Of a stretch of DNA of 64,000 bases, positions 48,790 to 59,095 are shown one piece after another. A model generated the notes under the pieces. That model worked only from the letters and a program-made list of their open reading frames with translations. It did not search any database and had not been told where the DNA came from. The stretch is from Candidatus Bathyarchaeota archaeon (GTDB taxonomy: Archaea; Thermoproteota; Bathyarchaeia; 40CM-2-53-6; RBG-13-38-9), in the NCBI GenBank assembly GCA_963807605.1, contig CAWECG010000003.1:672001-736000 (forward strand), in the 5' to 3' direction. The position numbers and the translations under genes were made by a program. Position 1 is the stretch's first letter. Every line of letters begins with the position of its first letter.

Positions 48790-49557
48790 TTATTGTATCA
48801 CGAAGAAGTGGAAGAGAACAACAAGAAGAATACGGTAAACGCCGAAAGGAATGAAATTTCTCTTCCCCACATAACCTATGAAAAGTCTGATCGCAACAAG
48901 GGCGACCAAGAAAGATATGACGAACCCTGTCAAGATCATACCAACCTGACCTGACGAAAATTCTCCTGCAGAGTTTACCAAGTCAAATCCAGAAGCAGCT
49001 ATCATCGTAGGAACAGCTAACAAGAAAGAGAACAGCACCACTGTCTTTCGCTTCATTCCTAGCGCTAATCCACATATGATCGTGGGTGCAGATCTTGAGG
49101 TACCTGGTATGATGGCGATGGACTGAAGAAGCCCGATAAGCAAACAATACTTGTATGGTATTCTAGAAATGTCATCTAATGTTGATCTTTCACGATAGAA
49201 CAGTTCAAAGATTACCAGAAATACTCCACCAAGCAGAAGCGCCCACAGTACGACCTGCGAATTACCTAACAGTACCCCTTTGTAAATCCTGTAAAGTGCA
49301 AATCCGATAATCGCTGTAGGCATAAAAGCCACGATTATGCGTTTCAAGATATTCCAGTCAAGAAAGCGTCTCCAATAGGAAACGACCACGGCGAGAATCG
49401 AACCAAACTCAAGCGATAACTCATAACTCTTAACGAACTCAGTCTGTGCAATCTTCAGAATCGCTGCTGCCAGAATCATGTGGCCACTGGAAGATACAGG
49501 TAGGAACTCTGTGAGTCCTTGAATGATTGCCAGAATAATAGCACTTATTATGTCCAT
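48790..49557 (-). CDS. uppP: Undecaprenyl-diphosphate phosphatase
   Basis: QGLTEFLPVSSSGH, PGTSRS, FSFLLAVP, FGVYR. Confidence 0.92.
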   Translation of the reverse strand: MDIISAIILAIIQGLTEFLPVSSSGHMILAAAILKIAQTEFVKSYELSLEFGSILAVVVSYWRRFLDWNILKRIIVAFMPTAIIGFALYRIYKGVLLGNSQVVLWALLLGGVFLVIFELFYRERSTLDDISRIPYKYCLLIGLLQSIAIIPGTSRSAPTIICGLALGMKRKTVVLFSFLLAVPTMIAASGFDLVNSAGEFSSGQVGMILTGFVISFLVALVAIRLFIGYVGKRNFIPFGVYRILLVVLFHFFVIQ

Positions 49558-49779
49558 GACTTTATGCATCCCACCGATTGTTTTCGTATGAAGGAAATAC
49601 TACGCGACATAAAAGCTCAGCTGAACTGATAATTGTCGTACTTGCTTCTTGTGCGTGTCAAGAAACGATCCAACACTACGCCAAGTCTTTTTTGCATACC
49701 ACACGTATACGTAATCGCCTAAAGAGGAAGCTCATAGTAAACTACATATTTCACTCGAATGCATTCCGTACTGATTGCT

Positions 49780-50172
49780 ATGGCTTTTGAACAAGAGATG
49801 TTGGAAGAGTTAAGAAAGATCCGTGAAGCAGTGTCGCCAAAACCCGCTCCACCCGAAACTCCGCCCAAAGGAGTCTGGGCAGAATTCTTGGATTTCATTG
49901 GAAAAGCAGGCGTCTTGGGTCTGGCGGTAGGCTTCATCATGGGCACCTACATCGGCAAGGTAGTCTCAGCGCTAGTGAGCGATATCATCATGCCGGTCCC
50001 GGGGGCCTTTGTGGGCAACGGAGACTGGCGGAAAGCAGTCCTGCAACTGCCGATTGCTAATGGAATGAACTTCGCTCTCGGCGACTTCGTAGGGGTCATT
50101 ATAGACTTCCTGATCGTTGCCGCTGTTATCTTCTTCATCGTAAAATATGCGAAGAAGATCGGGTTGAAGTAA
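49780..50172 (+). CDS. mscL: Large-conductance mechanosensitive channel
   Basis: EFLDFI...VLGLAVGFIMG, LVSDIIMP, IIDFLIVAAVIFF. Confidence 0.9.
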   Translation: MAFEQEMLEELRKIREAVSPKPAPPETPPKGVWAEFLDFIGKAGVLGLAVGFIMGTYIGKVVSALVSDIIMPVPGAFVGNGDWRKAVLQLPIANGMNFALGDFVGVIIDFLIVAAVIFFIVKYAKKIGLK

Positions 50173-50431
50173 CTTAAGGACTAAGGAGCGCGCGCGATCG
50201 AACCGTAGCATTTACACCAATCTTTGCAAAATCAATTACGTAGTGAATTTAGAAATCTCGCTTGGGCATGATATCAGAGTGTTTTTACAGTGAGCTGACT
50301 TCGAGACCTTTCACGTAAAAGCCGTTGTCACCTTGCTTTTCTTCATGCCATAGACGTAAACACGTGCCCTTCGTGTGTTCTTTGTAAGTCTTAAGAAGTC
50401 ATGAGAGGATAAGGTTGGGCGGTAGATACGT

Positions 50432-50890
50432 TTGCCTACTTGCAACAAATGTGGAACATACAATGCGGATGGATCTAGTTTCTGTATGAATTGCGGATCA
50501 AATCTACTGACGAAAGTTGTATATCCACAGTCAACACAGCCTCAAGAACCCTATGGTAAAGATAGCGTCACAATAGATCATCCTCTCAAACTTACTATTG
50601 AATTTCAGGAACCTGCCTCTAGGCTTGAGTTATTTGTAAGAATAATCCTCCTAATCGTATATGGGATAGTTGCAGGTGTCTGGGGATTCATTGCTGAACT
50701 AGTGACCATCATCCAGTGGTTTTACATTCTGATCAAGGGCAAAAGAAGTCTGCGCTTATGGAATTTTGTCCTAGGTTACTTCAGCTACAGTGCTAGGGTG
50801 TCAAGCTACAGCCTCTTACTGACGGACAGGAGACCGCCGATCAGCGCGCACGCGCTTCGACTCACTGGTACATTGAAAAAGAGAAACTAA
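50432..50890 (+). CDS. Zinc ribbon + DUF4389-like membrane protein
   Basis: CNKCG...FCMNCG; SRLELFVR...QWFYILIKGKR...RVSSYSLLLTDRRPP. The last codons run through a CG motif. Confidence 0.75.
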   Translation: MPTCNKCGTYNADGSSFCMNCGSNLLTKVVYPQSTQPQEPYGKDSVTIDHPLKLTIEFQEPASRLELFVRIILLIVYGIVAGVWGFIAELVTIIQWFYILIKGKRSLRLWNFVLGYFSYSARVSSYSLLLTDRRPPISAHALRLTGTLKKRN

Positions 50891-51029
50891 TCTCCTAGTG
50901 ATGGATGAAATAAACGTGACCTTCACGGGCCTTTGGCGCGCCCGCATACTCCTATTACCAGGGGGCCGCGACACTTATCGTGGCCAGGTTCTGCAAGAAA
51001 TGTGGCAAGAAACATTAGTTCACACACGA

Positions 51030-51569
51030 GTGCGTGCTGACGAGATAAGGAGTCTATTACTAAAGGACTACGTGAGCTATCTAAAGGAACATCGATGGGG
51101 GATTATAGACGGTGTAATTCTACAGCCTCTGGTGTATCATGTCTTAACAAAACTGGAAAACAGTTATGCTACGATTGCCGCTCTGCTCCTATACTTACCA
51201 TTCAAGATAGTAAAACTTCGCAGCACTTTCTTAGTGGCATACCGAGATTCTAGAGATCTTAGTGACTACAGAAGAATTGTGAGATATCTTATTATTTTAC
51301 CAAGGGAGTTTGCTGGTTTCATTGCAAGTTATGGCGTAGATGCTATTCTGCATTACTCTTTTCTTAGGAACGTATTCAATTCCTTTGGCATTAGAAGTGC
51401 TTTGGAAGTAGGTGAAAAAACGACGGCTGATACAGTCACTTCTAGCAGTGAAACTTTTGAGAGATTTTTTGTTGAGGAATTGCCAGGGGCTCTTGAAAGA
51501 GTAACCAGCAACGTTGTTACACATCCTTTCACAATCAAACTGGTAAAAATAATCAGGGGACTTCGATAA
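51030..51569 (+). CDS. Hypothetical protein (5' end uncertain, possibly a fragment)
   Basis: Protein-like composition from about 51030. The ORF-track 5' extension crosses several CG motifs and an out-of-frame zinc-ribbon remnant. Confidence 0.45.
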   Translation: MRADEIRSLLLKDYVSYLKEHRWGIIDGVILQPLVYHVLTKLENSYATIAALLLYLPFKIVKLRSTFLVAYRDSRDLSDYRRIVRYLIILPREFAGFIASYGVDAILHYSFLRNVFNSFGIRSALEVGEKTTADTVTSSSETFERFFVEELPGALERVTSNVVTHPFTIKLVKIIRGLR

Positions 51570-51714
51570 CGCATTAATGTGTTCACGCGTGTGTATCAAA
51601 GGATAGACAAGAAAGCCGTGAAAACATAAAACAATGAAGCCAGTATCTGATGGTCTAGATATGTCAACCTAGGTCGGTACTGAACTATGGGCCCCTAATA
51701 TTCTAGCGCGCGCG

Positions 51715-52078
51715 CTTTACGTCCTCCTCCCTGAAGGGGTTTATCTGTATGATGCGAAAGGGAATCAGCTAACACCCGTGCTGGCTGAAGACCTTCGAAC
51801 AAAGGCGACGACTCAGGAATTTATGAAAGAAGCGCCAGTACATCTACCTTTGTTGCAGACTACGCCAAATTTAGAATGATTCCCAGTCCCAGAAGGAGCT
51901 TTATTCTGCCGTTCACACGGGGTTTATCGGCCAGAATGTGTACCTGTATTGCACCTCCGAAGGACTAGGCGCCCGCTTCTATGCTAGCATTGACCAAGCT
52001 TCACTGAAAGATAGTTTGAAACTCCGGGAGGATCAAGCAATCGTTTTTGCTCAAGCAGTTGGGTATCCGAAAGAATAA
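51715..52078 (+). pseudogene. 5'-truncated, frameshifted SagB-like nitroreductase
   Basis: LYVLLPEGVYLYDAKGNQL...EAPV, frameshift, ...GFIGQNVYLYCTSEGLG...AQAVGYPKE*. It begins exactly at TAGCGCGCGCGC. Confidence 0.8.
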
Positions 52079-52091
52079 TGCGCACACGCAC

Positions 52092-53263
52092 TCATTGTGT
52101 AGCTTTCCAAGCTAGAGCAACGTAAATCAGCTGAGGCAAAGCTATCGACAAGATCAACGCCAAATTAAAGCCGTAATTTGTTATCATGAAACCTGAAACA
52201 GTAGGTGCTGCTGCTCCACTCATAGTTGCTATGCCTTGCGTAATCCCAGTCGCTGAGCCCATACGCGTATCCTCAACACAATCTTGGACAGCGGATATAG
52301 CAAGATTCCAGTATGCAAAAGATGTAAAACCAAACATTCCCGATAAAACTATCAAGCCAGTAGATCCCAAGTAACCTGAGAAATAAAGTAGCCCGAGAAC
52401 AAAGCTCAAAAATCCTGAAGTCAGAATGCTAATGGTTCTACTGATTTTATCTGCCAAGATACCGAAAAAAGTTGCACCTAAGACCCCAGTCAGAGCATAC
52501 AAACCAAAGGCAAATCCTGCCTCTGAAAGATCAAAATTCCACACTCTGACAAGATAGGTCGGAGCCCAAGCAGTAAATGCAACGAAGGCAAAATTTGCCA
52601 CGGCAATACCCGCACAAAGAAATACTACATGGCGATTATTCAAGAAATCCCATCTCTTCTCTACAGGCCTATCTTTTATCTCGTTTACAGAGTGTTTGAA
52701 TCCAAAAATCCGCCATAGAAGAATAGACACGCCCAGGGCCAGTATTCCCACTAGGTTGAAGGGACTTCGCCATCCAAACTTCATTGTCAGTATTGCTAGA
52801 GTCCACGATCCCACTAGTCCTCCCAAAGCATAGAGGCTGTTCGTAATTCCAATTAGGGTATCCCTAGAAGAAGGCATGACATCGCCTGCGTACGCATAGA
52901 TGGCAACAGTGAAGACCCCCGCTCCTACGCCAACCATAAAGAGGCAAATCAGTAGTGCCGCATACCCGACAGAATATCCTCCAAGAAATATCCCAACTGA
53001 CAAAATTGTGAACCCTGAGGATATAGCGACATTTTTTCCCATCCTATCCGATAGTGGCCCACTAAAGGCCATCGATACTGCCATAGCTAGTAAGAGTGAT
53101 GATAGAATGGCCCCCCCTCGGTCTCAGTAAGAGACCATTCATGCATGACTTCAGGAATAATGATGCCCACGGAAAATCTGAACATCGCCCATATGACGTA
53201 GCCTAGAAATGGCAAAGCGATAATTCGGATGCCGTGTTTTCCCAGACTCACTCTCTTCACCAT
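52092..53263 (-). pseudogene. MFS transporter, frameshifted in a G7 tract
   Basis: ORFs 53263-53087 and 53084-52092 join in frame if the G7 run (C7 at 53111-53117) is G8; GPLSDRMG, FGWR, LADKISR. Confidence 0.8.
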
Positions 53264-53422
53264 TGAATTCTTGCTGGTAGAGAACTCATTATCTAAAAAA
53301 GATTCAAGGTTAAACACCCGTCTCCGATGTGGTAAGGCAGAGCGTGCGTTATGGAACACTAGAAGAATAAATAAAGCTAAATAAGACCCAGAGAGGGGCT
53401 AACCAGTCATGAGGTTATGTTA

Positions 53423-54814
53423 ATGAGTGATGAAAAACCTAGCGAAGAAAAGAAGGTTGAAGAGAAGACGACTGAAGAGAAGAAGAATATTACTAGACGT
53501 GCCTATCTGAAATACGCTGGCGGCATTGTTGCTGTGGGTGTGATAGCTGCTGCTGGATATGGCGCTTACCAGTTTTACGGAAAGCCTGTGACCCCAAGTG
53601 CCATGAATTCATCTGCAACTCCCACTACGACAAGCACTGGCGGCCAGAAACTGACAGTAAAAGTCGGTGGAACCAAACCCCTAACCAGTATTCAGGCATT
53701 ACAAGGCATAGATGAAAATCGTGGACTACAAATCTGGGCGAATAGATGGGTCAACGACCAAGGCGGAATAAAGGCTGGAGACGGGAACACATACGAGGTA
53801 GAATTAGACATCTACAATGACGAGTCAAAGCCTGAGAATGTCAGCAGATTCTATGAGAAACTCATCAGCGAGGATAAAGTCGACTTCCTGATGGGACCCA
53901 TCTGGGCACCACTTGGCCAAGCTACGGTTGCTGCAGTGGAGAAATATCATAAACTGGAGATTTACGGTAACGCTGTCTTCGACCCAACACAGTGGAAAGA
54001 TTGGAAATACGTAATGATGGTGATTACAAATGGACCCGACTATTTGAACATCCTAACCAAAATGATCATCAACAAAGTTTTACCTCAAGATCCAGATGCA
54101 AAGGATATAGCGATAGTTTACACCGACGATGCATTTGGAAACGTAGCTGGATCATATGGCCTCCAGTGGGCAAAGCAGCAGCCTCAACTCAATGTAGTTT
54201 ACAGTGAAAAGGTATCTTTCGATTCAACAGATTTTACTCCGGTACTCACGAAGGTCAAAGCAGCCAATCCATCGATACTCCTATTCGAAGCCGGTTCGAA
54301 AGCCCCACTGGTTGCTAAGAATGTTCGAGAGATTGGATTGGATCTGAAACTACTGTATTGCGGTACCTACAGTGTGTTCCAACAGTATTACGATGGTCTG
54401 GGTCCCAAGTACGGCGAAAATCTAATCTCGATAACTCAGTGGGTTCCAGGAGAGAACTACCCATCCACCTATGGACCAACAGAAGACTGGTTCCTTTCAA
54501 CATTCAAGAAGGACTACAATGGGGCAACGCCTCAGTACACAGCAGGAACAGGTTTCACGCAAGGCCTCATCTTGCAAGCGGCCATGGAGAAATGCAGCAA
54601 ACCACTGGACTCCGATGCAATGAGACAGGCGGTTGGTGGAGTAAGCTTCACCGGTTTCTTCGGGGATATAGCATTTGACCCGGTAACAGGCTGGCAGACA
54701 GGCCACCAGATGTCGGCGCTCCAGTGGCAGGATGGCAAACCAGTCTGCGTCTACCCAGACAAAGTTGCAAAGGCATCACTAAGATATCCCATGGCGAAAT
54801 GGTCCACGCTCTAG
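53423..54814 (+). CDS. Branched-chain amino acid-type ABC substrate-binding protein with twin-Arg signal (orphan, paralog 2)
   Basis: Colinear and highly similar to 20864-22240; ITRRAYLKY. Confidence 0.88.
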   Translation: MSDEKPSEEKKVEEKTTEEKKNITRRAYLKYAGGIVAVGVIAAAGYGAYQFYGKPVTPSAMNSSATPTTTSTGGQKLTVKVGGTKPLTSIQALQGIDENRGLQIWANRWVNDQGGIKAGDGNTYEVELDIYNDESKPENVSRFYEKLISEDKVDFLMGPIWAPLGQATVAAVEKYHKLEIYGNAVFDPTQWKDWKYVMMVITNGPDYLNILTKMIINKVLPQDPDAKDIAIVYTDDAFGNVAGSYGLQWAKQQPQLNVVYSEKVSFDSTDFTPVLTKVKAANPSILLFEAGSKAPLVAKNVREIGLDLKLLYCGTYSVFQQYYDGLGPKYGENLISITQWVPGENYPSTYGPTEDWFLSTFKKDYNGATPQYTAGTGFTQGLILQAAMEKCSKPLDSDAMRQAVGGVSFTGFFGDIAFDPVTGWQTGHQMSALQWQDGKPVCVYPDKVAKASLRYPMAKWSTL

Positions 54815-55169
54815 ACAACAAATTCCCCTTTTCTTTCTTTTTCTTAAGCGCGCAAGCTTTCAGAACTCTATCCGAAACAGAGCGACCTTAGACTGCGGGC
54901 TGTCTAACTGCTTATGAGGCTCTGAGAGTGAGGCCCTCGGAGACAGAGCTGCCTGGACAGAGAGCTTGACCCAGAATCTTATGCGATGAGCAGGTTACTT
55001 GGAAAACTAGAACTCCGCCGCTATGACTCGCGAACGAGATGTAATTGACTAAAATAAGTGACTCTGACAAGGGGTTGAGTAATTCAAACCTAGAGAAGGT
55101 AGGGACCTAGCGCGTTACCGATGTTGAAACGTATTTTGTCTTTGTCTCCATCGACTTGGTGAAGATTCA

Positions 55170-55632
55170 TTGAGTGTAGCTCCATACGTTCCATCGCCTG
55201 AGAATGTCATTCGAGAGATGCTTGACATTTCCCGCCTCAAAGAGGGAGAGGTTCTCTATGACCTTGGTTGTGGGGACGGAGGCATAGTCATAATCGCGGC
55301 TAGAGACTATCTGGCTAAGGCCTATGGAGTGGAGATTAGAAAGGATTCTTGTGGCTACAGCCCGAAGGCAACTCAACAATTACGGTTTACATGGAAAGGC
55401 CAAGATTATCCGAAGAGATCTCTTTAAAGTTGACATATCCAAAGCAGACGTAGTAACCCTGTACCTTACTTCCGTCGCGAACGACAAACTCAAACCTAAG
55501 CTTAAGAAAGAGCTTAGACCAAACACGAGGGTCGTATCCCATGACTTCTTAATCTCAGGATGGCAGCCATCCGAGGTCTCCAATGAACTGCGTGGCCACA
55601 CCATATATCTGTACAGAATTGCTTCATTCTAG
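55170..55632 (+). pseudogene. aKMT-like protein lysine methyltransferase, frameshifted
   Basis: APYVPSP..V...ML, YDLGCGDG, GVEI in one frame; ADVVTLYL...LKPKL..EL.P.TRVVSHDF...W in another. One extra base near 55345. Confidence 0.8.
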
Positions 55633-55799
55633 GCAAAGTCGTTTCAAAACGCACGCGCGAACAGGCAGTTTAGAGCGCTAGCTTATGACCTGGAAGATAA
55701 TTCATCTGACATGCGTGCCACGCTTGTAAATTAACTGAAAACAAACCGACATGTCTTATGCGCGCGTAACCTTAAGCGCGCGCTATGTCTTGCTGGTCT

Positions 55800-56681
55800 T
55801 TAGTTGATTTGAACAGTCCGTTGCACGTCTTGTCCCATCGATTCAGCTATGTGGTAGAGTTTTTCAATTCTCTTCTTAGTTTGCGGGTGTGTCGAAAAGA
55901 GTGAGACCAATGTTGAAGAACTGAATGGGTTCACGATGTAAAGCTGAGCCGTTGCAGGGTTTCCCTTTATGTTCTTGTTCTTTTTCCATGCTTCCATCTT
56001 TTGCAGGGCGGACGCGAGTGCCAGAGGCTTGTGTGAGACCTTAGCCCCTCCTTCATCAGCCGCATATTCTCGCGTCCGAGAGATAGCTAGTTGCACAAGA
56101 ATTGCAGCGATTGGGGCAAGAATCAGCATCAGTAATGCGGCCATGCCGTTATCATTTCTATCGCTTCGTTGTCCATAACCATAAGCAGGTGCAATGAACA
56201 TTCCAAACCGGGCGAGATAGGTTATCGCACCTGCGATCGTTGCCACAACAACGGATGTCAAAGTATCATAGTTCTTCACATGTATAAGTTCATGTGATAG
56301 CACTGCCTCAAGCTCATCCTTGTTAATCATGTTTAAGATGCCCGAGTGAACGCAGACAGTCGCGTGACCCGGACTCCTTCCCGTCGCGAAGGCGTTGGGA
56401 ACCGAGCTATTTGCTACCGCAACCTTCGGTTTAGGAATCCCCATTCGCTGAGCCAAACCAGCCACAATAGAGTGAAGCTCTGGAGCCTCACTCTCAGAAA
56501 CCACATGTGCCCCCATCATCCTCGTTACAATCTTGTCACTCATTAAATAGATTCCAAAGTTCATGATGAACACAAGAAGTAGGGCTGTTATCGGTGATAC
56601 GCCAAGTACCACTGAGAGACCAAATAGAAAACCTGTAAGAAGAGCAAAGAGCAAGCCAGTCTTTATAATATTCCAAAACAC
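55800..56681 (-). CDS. htpX: Zinc metalloprotease HtpX (M48)
   Basis: PNAFATGR, HELIH, SRTREYAADEG, FSTHP. Confidence 0.93.
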   Translation of the reverse strand: MFWNIIKTGLLFALLTGFLFGLSVVLGVSPITALLLVFIMNFGIYLMSDKIVTRMMGAHVVSESEAPELHSIVAGLAQRMGIPKPKVAVANSSVPNAFATGRSPGHATVCVHSGILNMINKDELEAVLSHELIHVKNYDTLTSVVVATIAGAITYLARFGMFIAPAYGYGQRSDRNDNGMAALLMLILAPIAAILVQLAISRTREYAADEGGAKVSHKPLALASALQKMEAWKKNKNIKGNPATAQLYIVNPFSSSTLVSLFSTHPQTKKRIEKLYHIAESMGQDVQRTVQIN

Positions 56682-56798
56682 GGTTTAGTCACATTGGCGT
56701 ACGAGTTAAACTAGTGCTCCTGCAACATGTCTGGTTTAAATATTTCGTTAAACTCGCGCCTAACTCTACACACTGCATACACGATACACTAATTTAGC

Positions 56799-57035
56799 CT
56801 AGAATTGCCAGCCTTTCTTGCTTACACGATCTTCCAACAACTTTCTGCAGAGGTCTGCCTCTCCATCCCAGCCATCAGCCTCTTCCTCAAGGTTCTCAGA
56901 CTTCTTCAGCGCGACCTCACCTAGCACAATTCCACATTTTCCACATACAACTTCACCATCTGGAGCCACGATAATGTTAGTTTGGTCTTGGTTTCCACAT
57001 TCACATTTCCAGATCTTGACCGTTTTCAATTCCAC
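56799..57035 (-). CDS. Small TFIIB-type zinc ribbon protein
   Basis: CECG...DGEVVCGKCGIVL followed by an acidic tail. Confidence 0.7.
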   Translation of the reverse strand: MELKTVKIWKCECGNQDQTNIIVAPDGEVVCGKCGIVLGEVALKKSENLEEEADGWDGEADLCRKLLEDRVSKKGWQF

Positions 57036-57386
57036 TACCCTGAAGCCTGGAGTACCTTGGGATCATATCATATAAACTCCTGACTTTCCTGAAAGTGTTG
57101 CTGTATCCATCAGCTTACGCGCGGGTGTAGATCTTGTTAATGGCAGCGCAAGATCATGCCAACCGATATGTCTGCTTGCTAACATGGACTAATCTGAGTC
57201 TGTATACATTGGAATGGGCTGTGGCGATTTCTTCTTTGCTCCTGTTGCCGAACTCGGCAAGAAAGGGGGACGGATTAGACCTTGATGTTAAGTGCAAATC
57301 CGTTAGGCGTGGTTCGGAGGTCAAGCGTTATTAGGGATCAATTCCTAATTGAGAGTAATTAACCACTTGAGATGTGTGACAGACTG

Positions 57387-57944
57387 ATGCCGATTATTGA
57401 AAGTGGCTCCGGCGAAATTGAAGGGCTGTTGAATGTAGCTAAGCTCATGCTAATTTCTGCAAGGACAGCTCCCAAATCGGGGGGAAGAGACGATGTGGAG
57501 ACACTCCTTGTATACGGGGAAGACAAGGATAAGATCGCTCAAGAGATGGAGAAGATAGGAAAGGAACGCAATGTTCCGGGCTTCCTACGCGACGGGAAGA
57601 ATGTGAGAGACTCGACAGCGATTGTTCTCATAGGTGTGGAAGGGACTAAGAGTTTCGGTCTAGACTGTGGAGGGTGCGGTTATGCAAACTGCGACGCATT
57701 CAACAAGGCGAAACGCTCGAAGGGCTTAGACTTCGCAGGCCCCAACTACATCTTCAAGAGCCTTGATATGGGCATCGCATTAGGATCAGCGGTCAAAACT
57801 GCAATGGACCATAACGTTGACAACAGAATAATGTACCGAATCGGAACCGCAGCCATAAGGCTTAGGCTTACCAAGAAGTCAAGTATCGTCATGGGGATAC
57901 CTATTTCTTCTAAGGGCAAAGCCATCTATTTCGACAGGTCATGA
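57387..57944 (+). CDS. DUF2148 (ferredoxin-like, nitroreductase-related) protein
   Basis: ARTAPK..G.D, DCGGCGY.NC, DMGIALGSA, VDNRIMY, YFDR. Confidence 0.85.
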   Translation: MPIIESGSGEIEGLLNVAKLMLISARTAPKSGGRDDVETLLVYGEDKDKIAQEMEKIGKERNVPGFLRDGKNVRDSTAIVLIGVEGTKSFGLDCGGCGYANCDAFNKAKRSKGLDFAGPNYIFKSLDMGIALGSAVKTAMDHNVDNRIMYRIGTAAIRLRLTKKSSIVMGIPISSKGKAIYFDRS

Positions 57945-58208
57945 AAAGCGTACCAGTACAAACCTATCGACCTGAGCCTAGAACAACTGCCCATTTTTTC
58001 TAATCTGTTAACTTAAACAATGATATTACTCTACAGCACGCATTTCTATCTCGGCTAGAGACATAACGCGCGCTAGCTCCTCCGAATTTCAAAACCCCTA
58101 GGTGGTTCAGACGGAGTACAAGTGGATTGCACTCGTAATTACCACTGTCGGGACATGCGCGCGCATAATATTCGCTTTTGAAAGCTAAAACATATCAAGT
58201 TCCATGAG

Positions 58209-59042
58209 TTGTTAGCAGTTGAACAAAGGCTTTCAAATGTGATAGAACGAGAAGTCGAGTGCAAATCTCTGCTTAACAAAAGTCACCTCGAAGACTACTG
58301 CATCAACCCATACATAGGATGTCAACATGCTTGCATGTACTGCTACGCTAATTCCTACACCCAAAAATTCTCGAACCACACGGAATCTTGGGGAGATTTT
58401 GTCGACATCAAAATCAATGCACCTATTGTTCTTGAAAGAGAGATAATAAGAAAACCTAAAGGTACTATTTTCTTCAGCTCCTTAACGGATGCATATCAAC
58501 CAATTGAGCGAGAATATGAGTTGACAAGAAGGTTACTCCTTATTGTGCTCAAGCATCAATTTCCAGTATCGATACAGACAAAGTCCTCTCTTATCATAAG
58601 AGATTTAGACCTCCTCCAAAAGTTCGACAAATGTGAAGTCGGGTTCACAATAACAACGGCAAATGACAATCTGAGAAGGCTATTCGAACCATACTCCTCA
58701 TCCGTCGAGGAGAGAATCTCGGCTATCAAGAAACTAAAGGAAAAAGGTGTGAAGACATTTGTTTTCTTCGGGCCTATTCTTCCACATATCTCAGATCAGA
58801 ACCTCGAAGAGTATTTTCAACAGATTGCAGGTGCCGGTACAGATTACATCTATATTGATCGATTGAATTTGAAGCCAGGTCTATGGATAAAAATCGAAAG
58901 ATTCCTTCAGAGCAACTTTCCACATCTTCACAAGGACTGGCAAGACATACTCCTAGGAAGAAGTGACTACTACCAGAACTTCAAAATGAAGGCGGATAAC
59001 GTATGCAAAGAGTTAAGATTGGAATGTAGGTTCTGCTTTTGA
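58209..59042 (+). CDS. Radical SAM protein, spore-photoproduct-lyase-like family
   Basis: INPY.GCQHACMYCYA, TDAYQP.E, QTKS, RDLD. Confidence 0.88.
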   Translation: MLAVEQRLSNVIEREVECKSLLNKSHLEDYCINPYIGCQHACMYCYANSYTQKFSNHTESWGDFVDIKINAPIVLEREIIRKPKGTIFFSSLTDAYQPIEREYELTRRLLLIVLKHQFPVSIQTKSSLIIRDLDLLQKFDKCEVGFTITTANDNLRRLFEPYSSSVEERISAIKKLKEKGVKTFVFFGPILPHISDQNLEEYFQQIAGAGTDYIYIDRLNLKPGLWIKIERFLQSNFPHLHKDWQDILLGRSDYYQNFKMKADNVCKELRLECRFCF

Positions 59043-59095
59043 AAGCACGCGTTAAGACGGCGTGACGACTACACTAAAGGACCGAGAGATGTAGG

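Noticed and set aside
54846-55115. Gene fragment between motifs
   Set aside because: Multiple stops in the frames examined and no recognisable family; could not be supported. The same applies to 20580-20740, 22321-22460 and 57115-57330.
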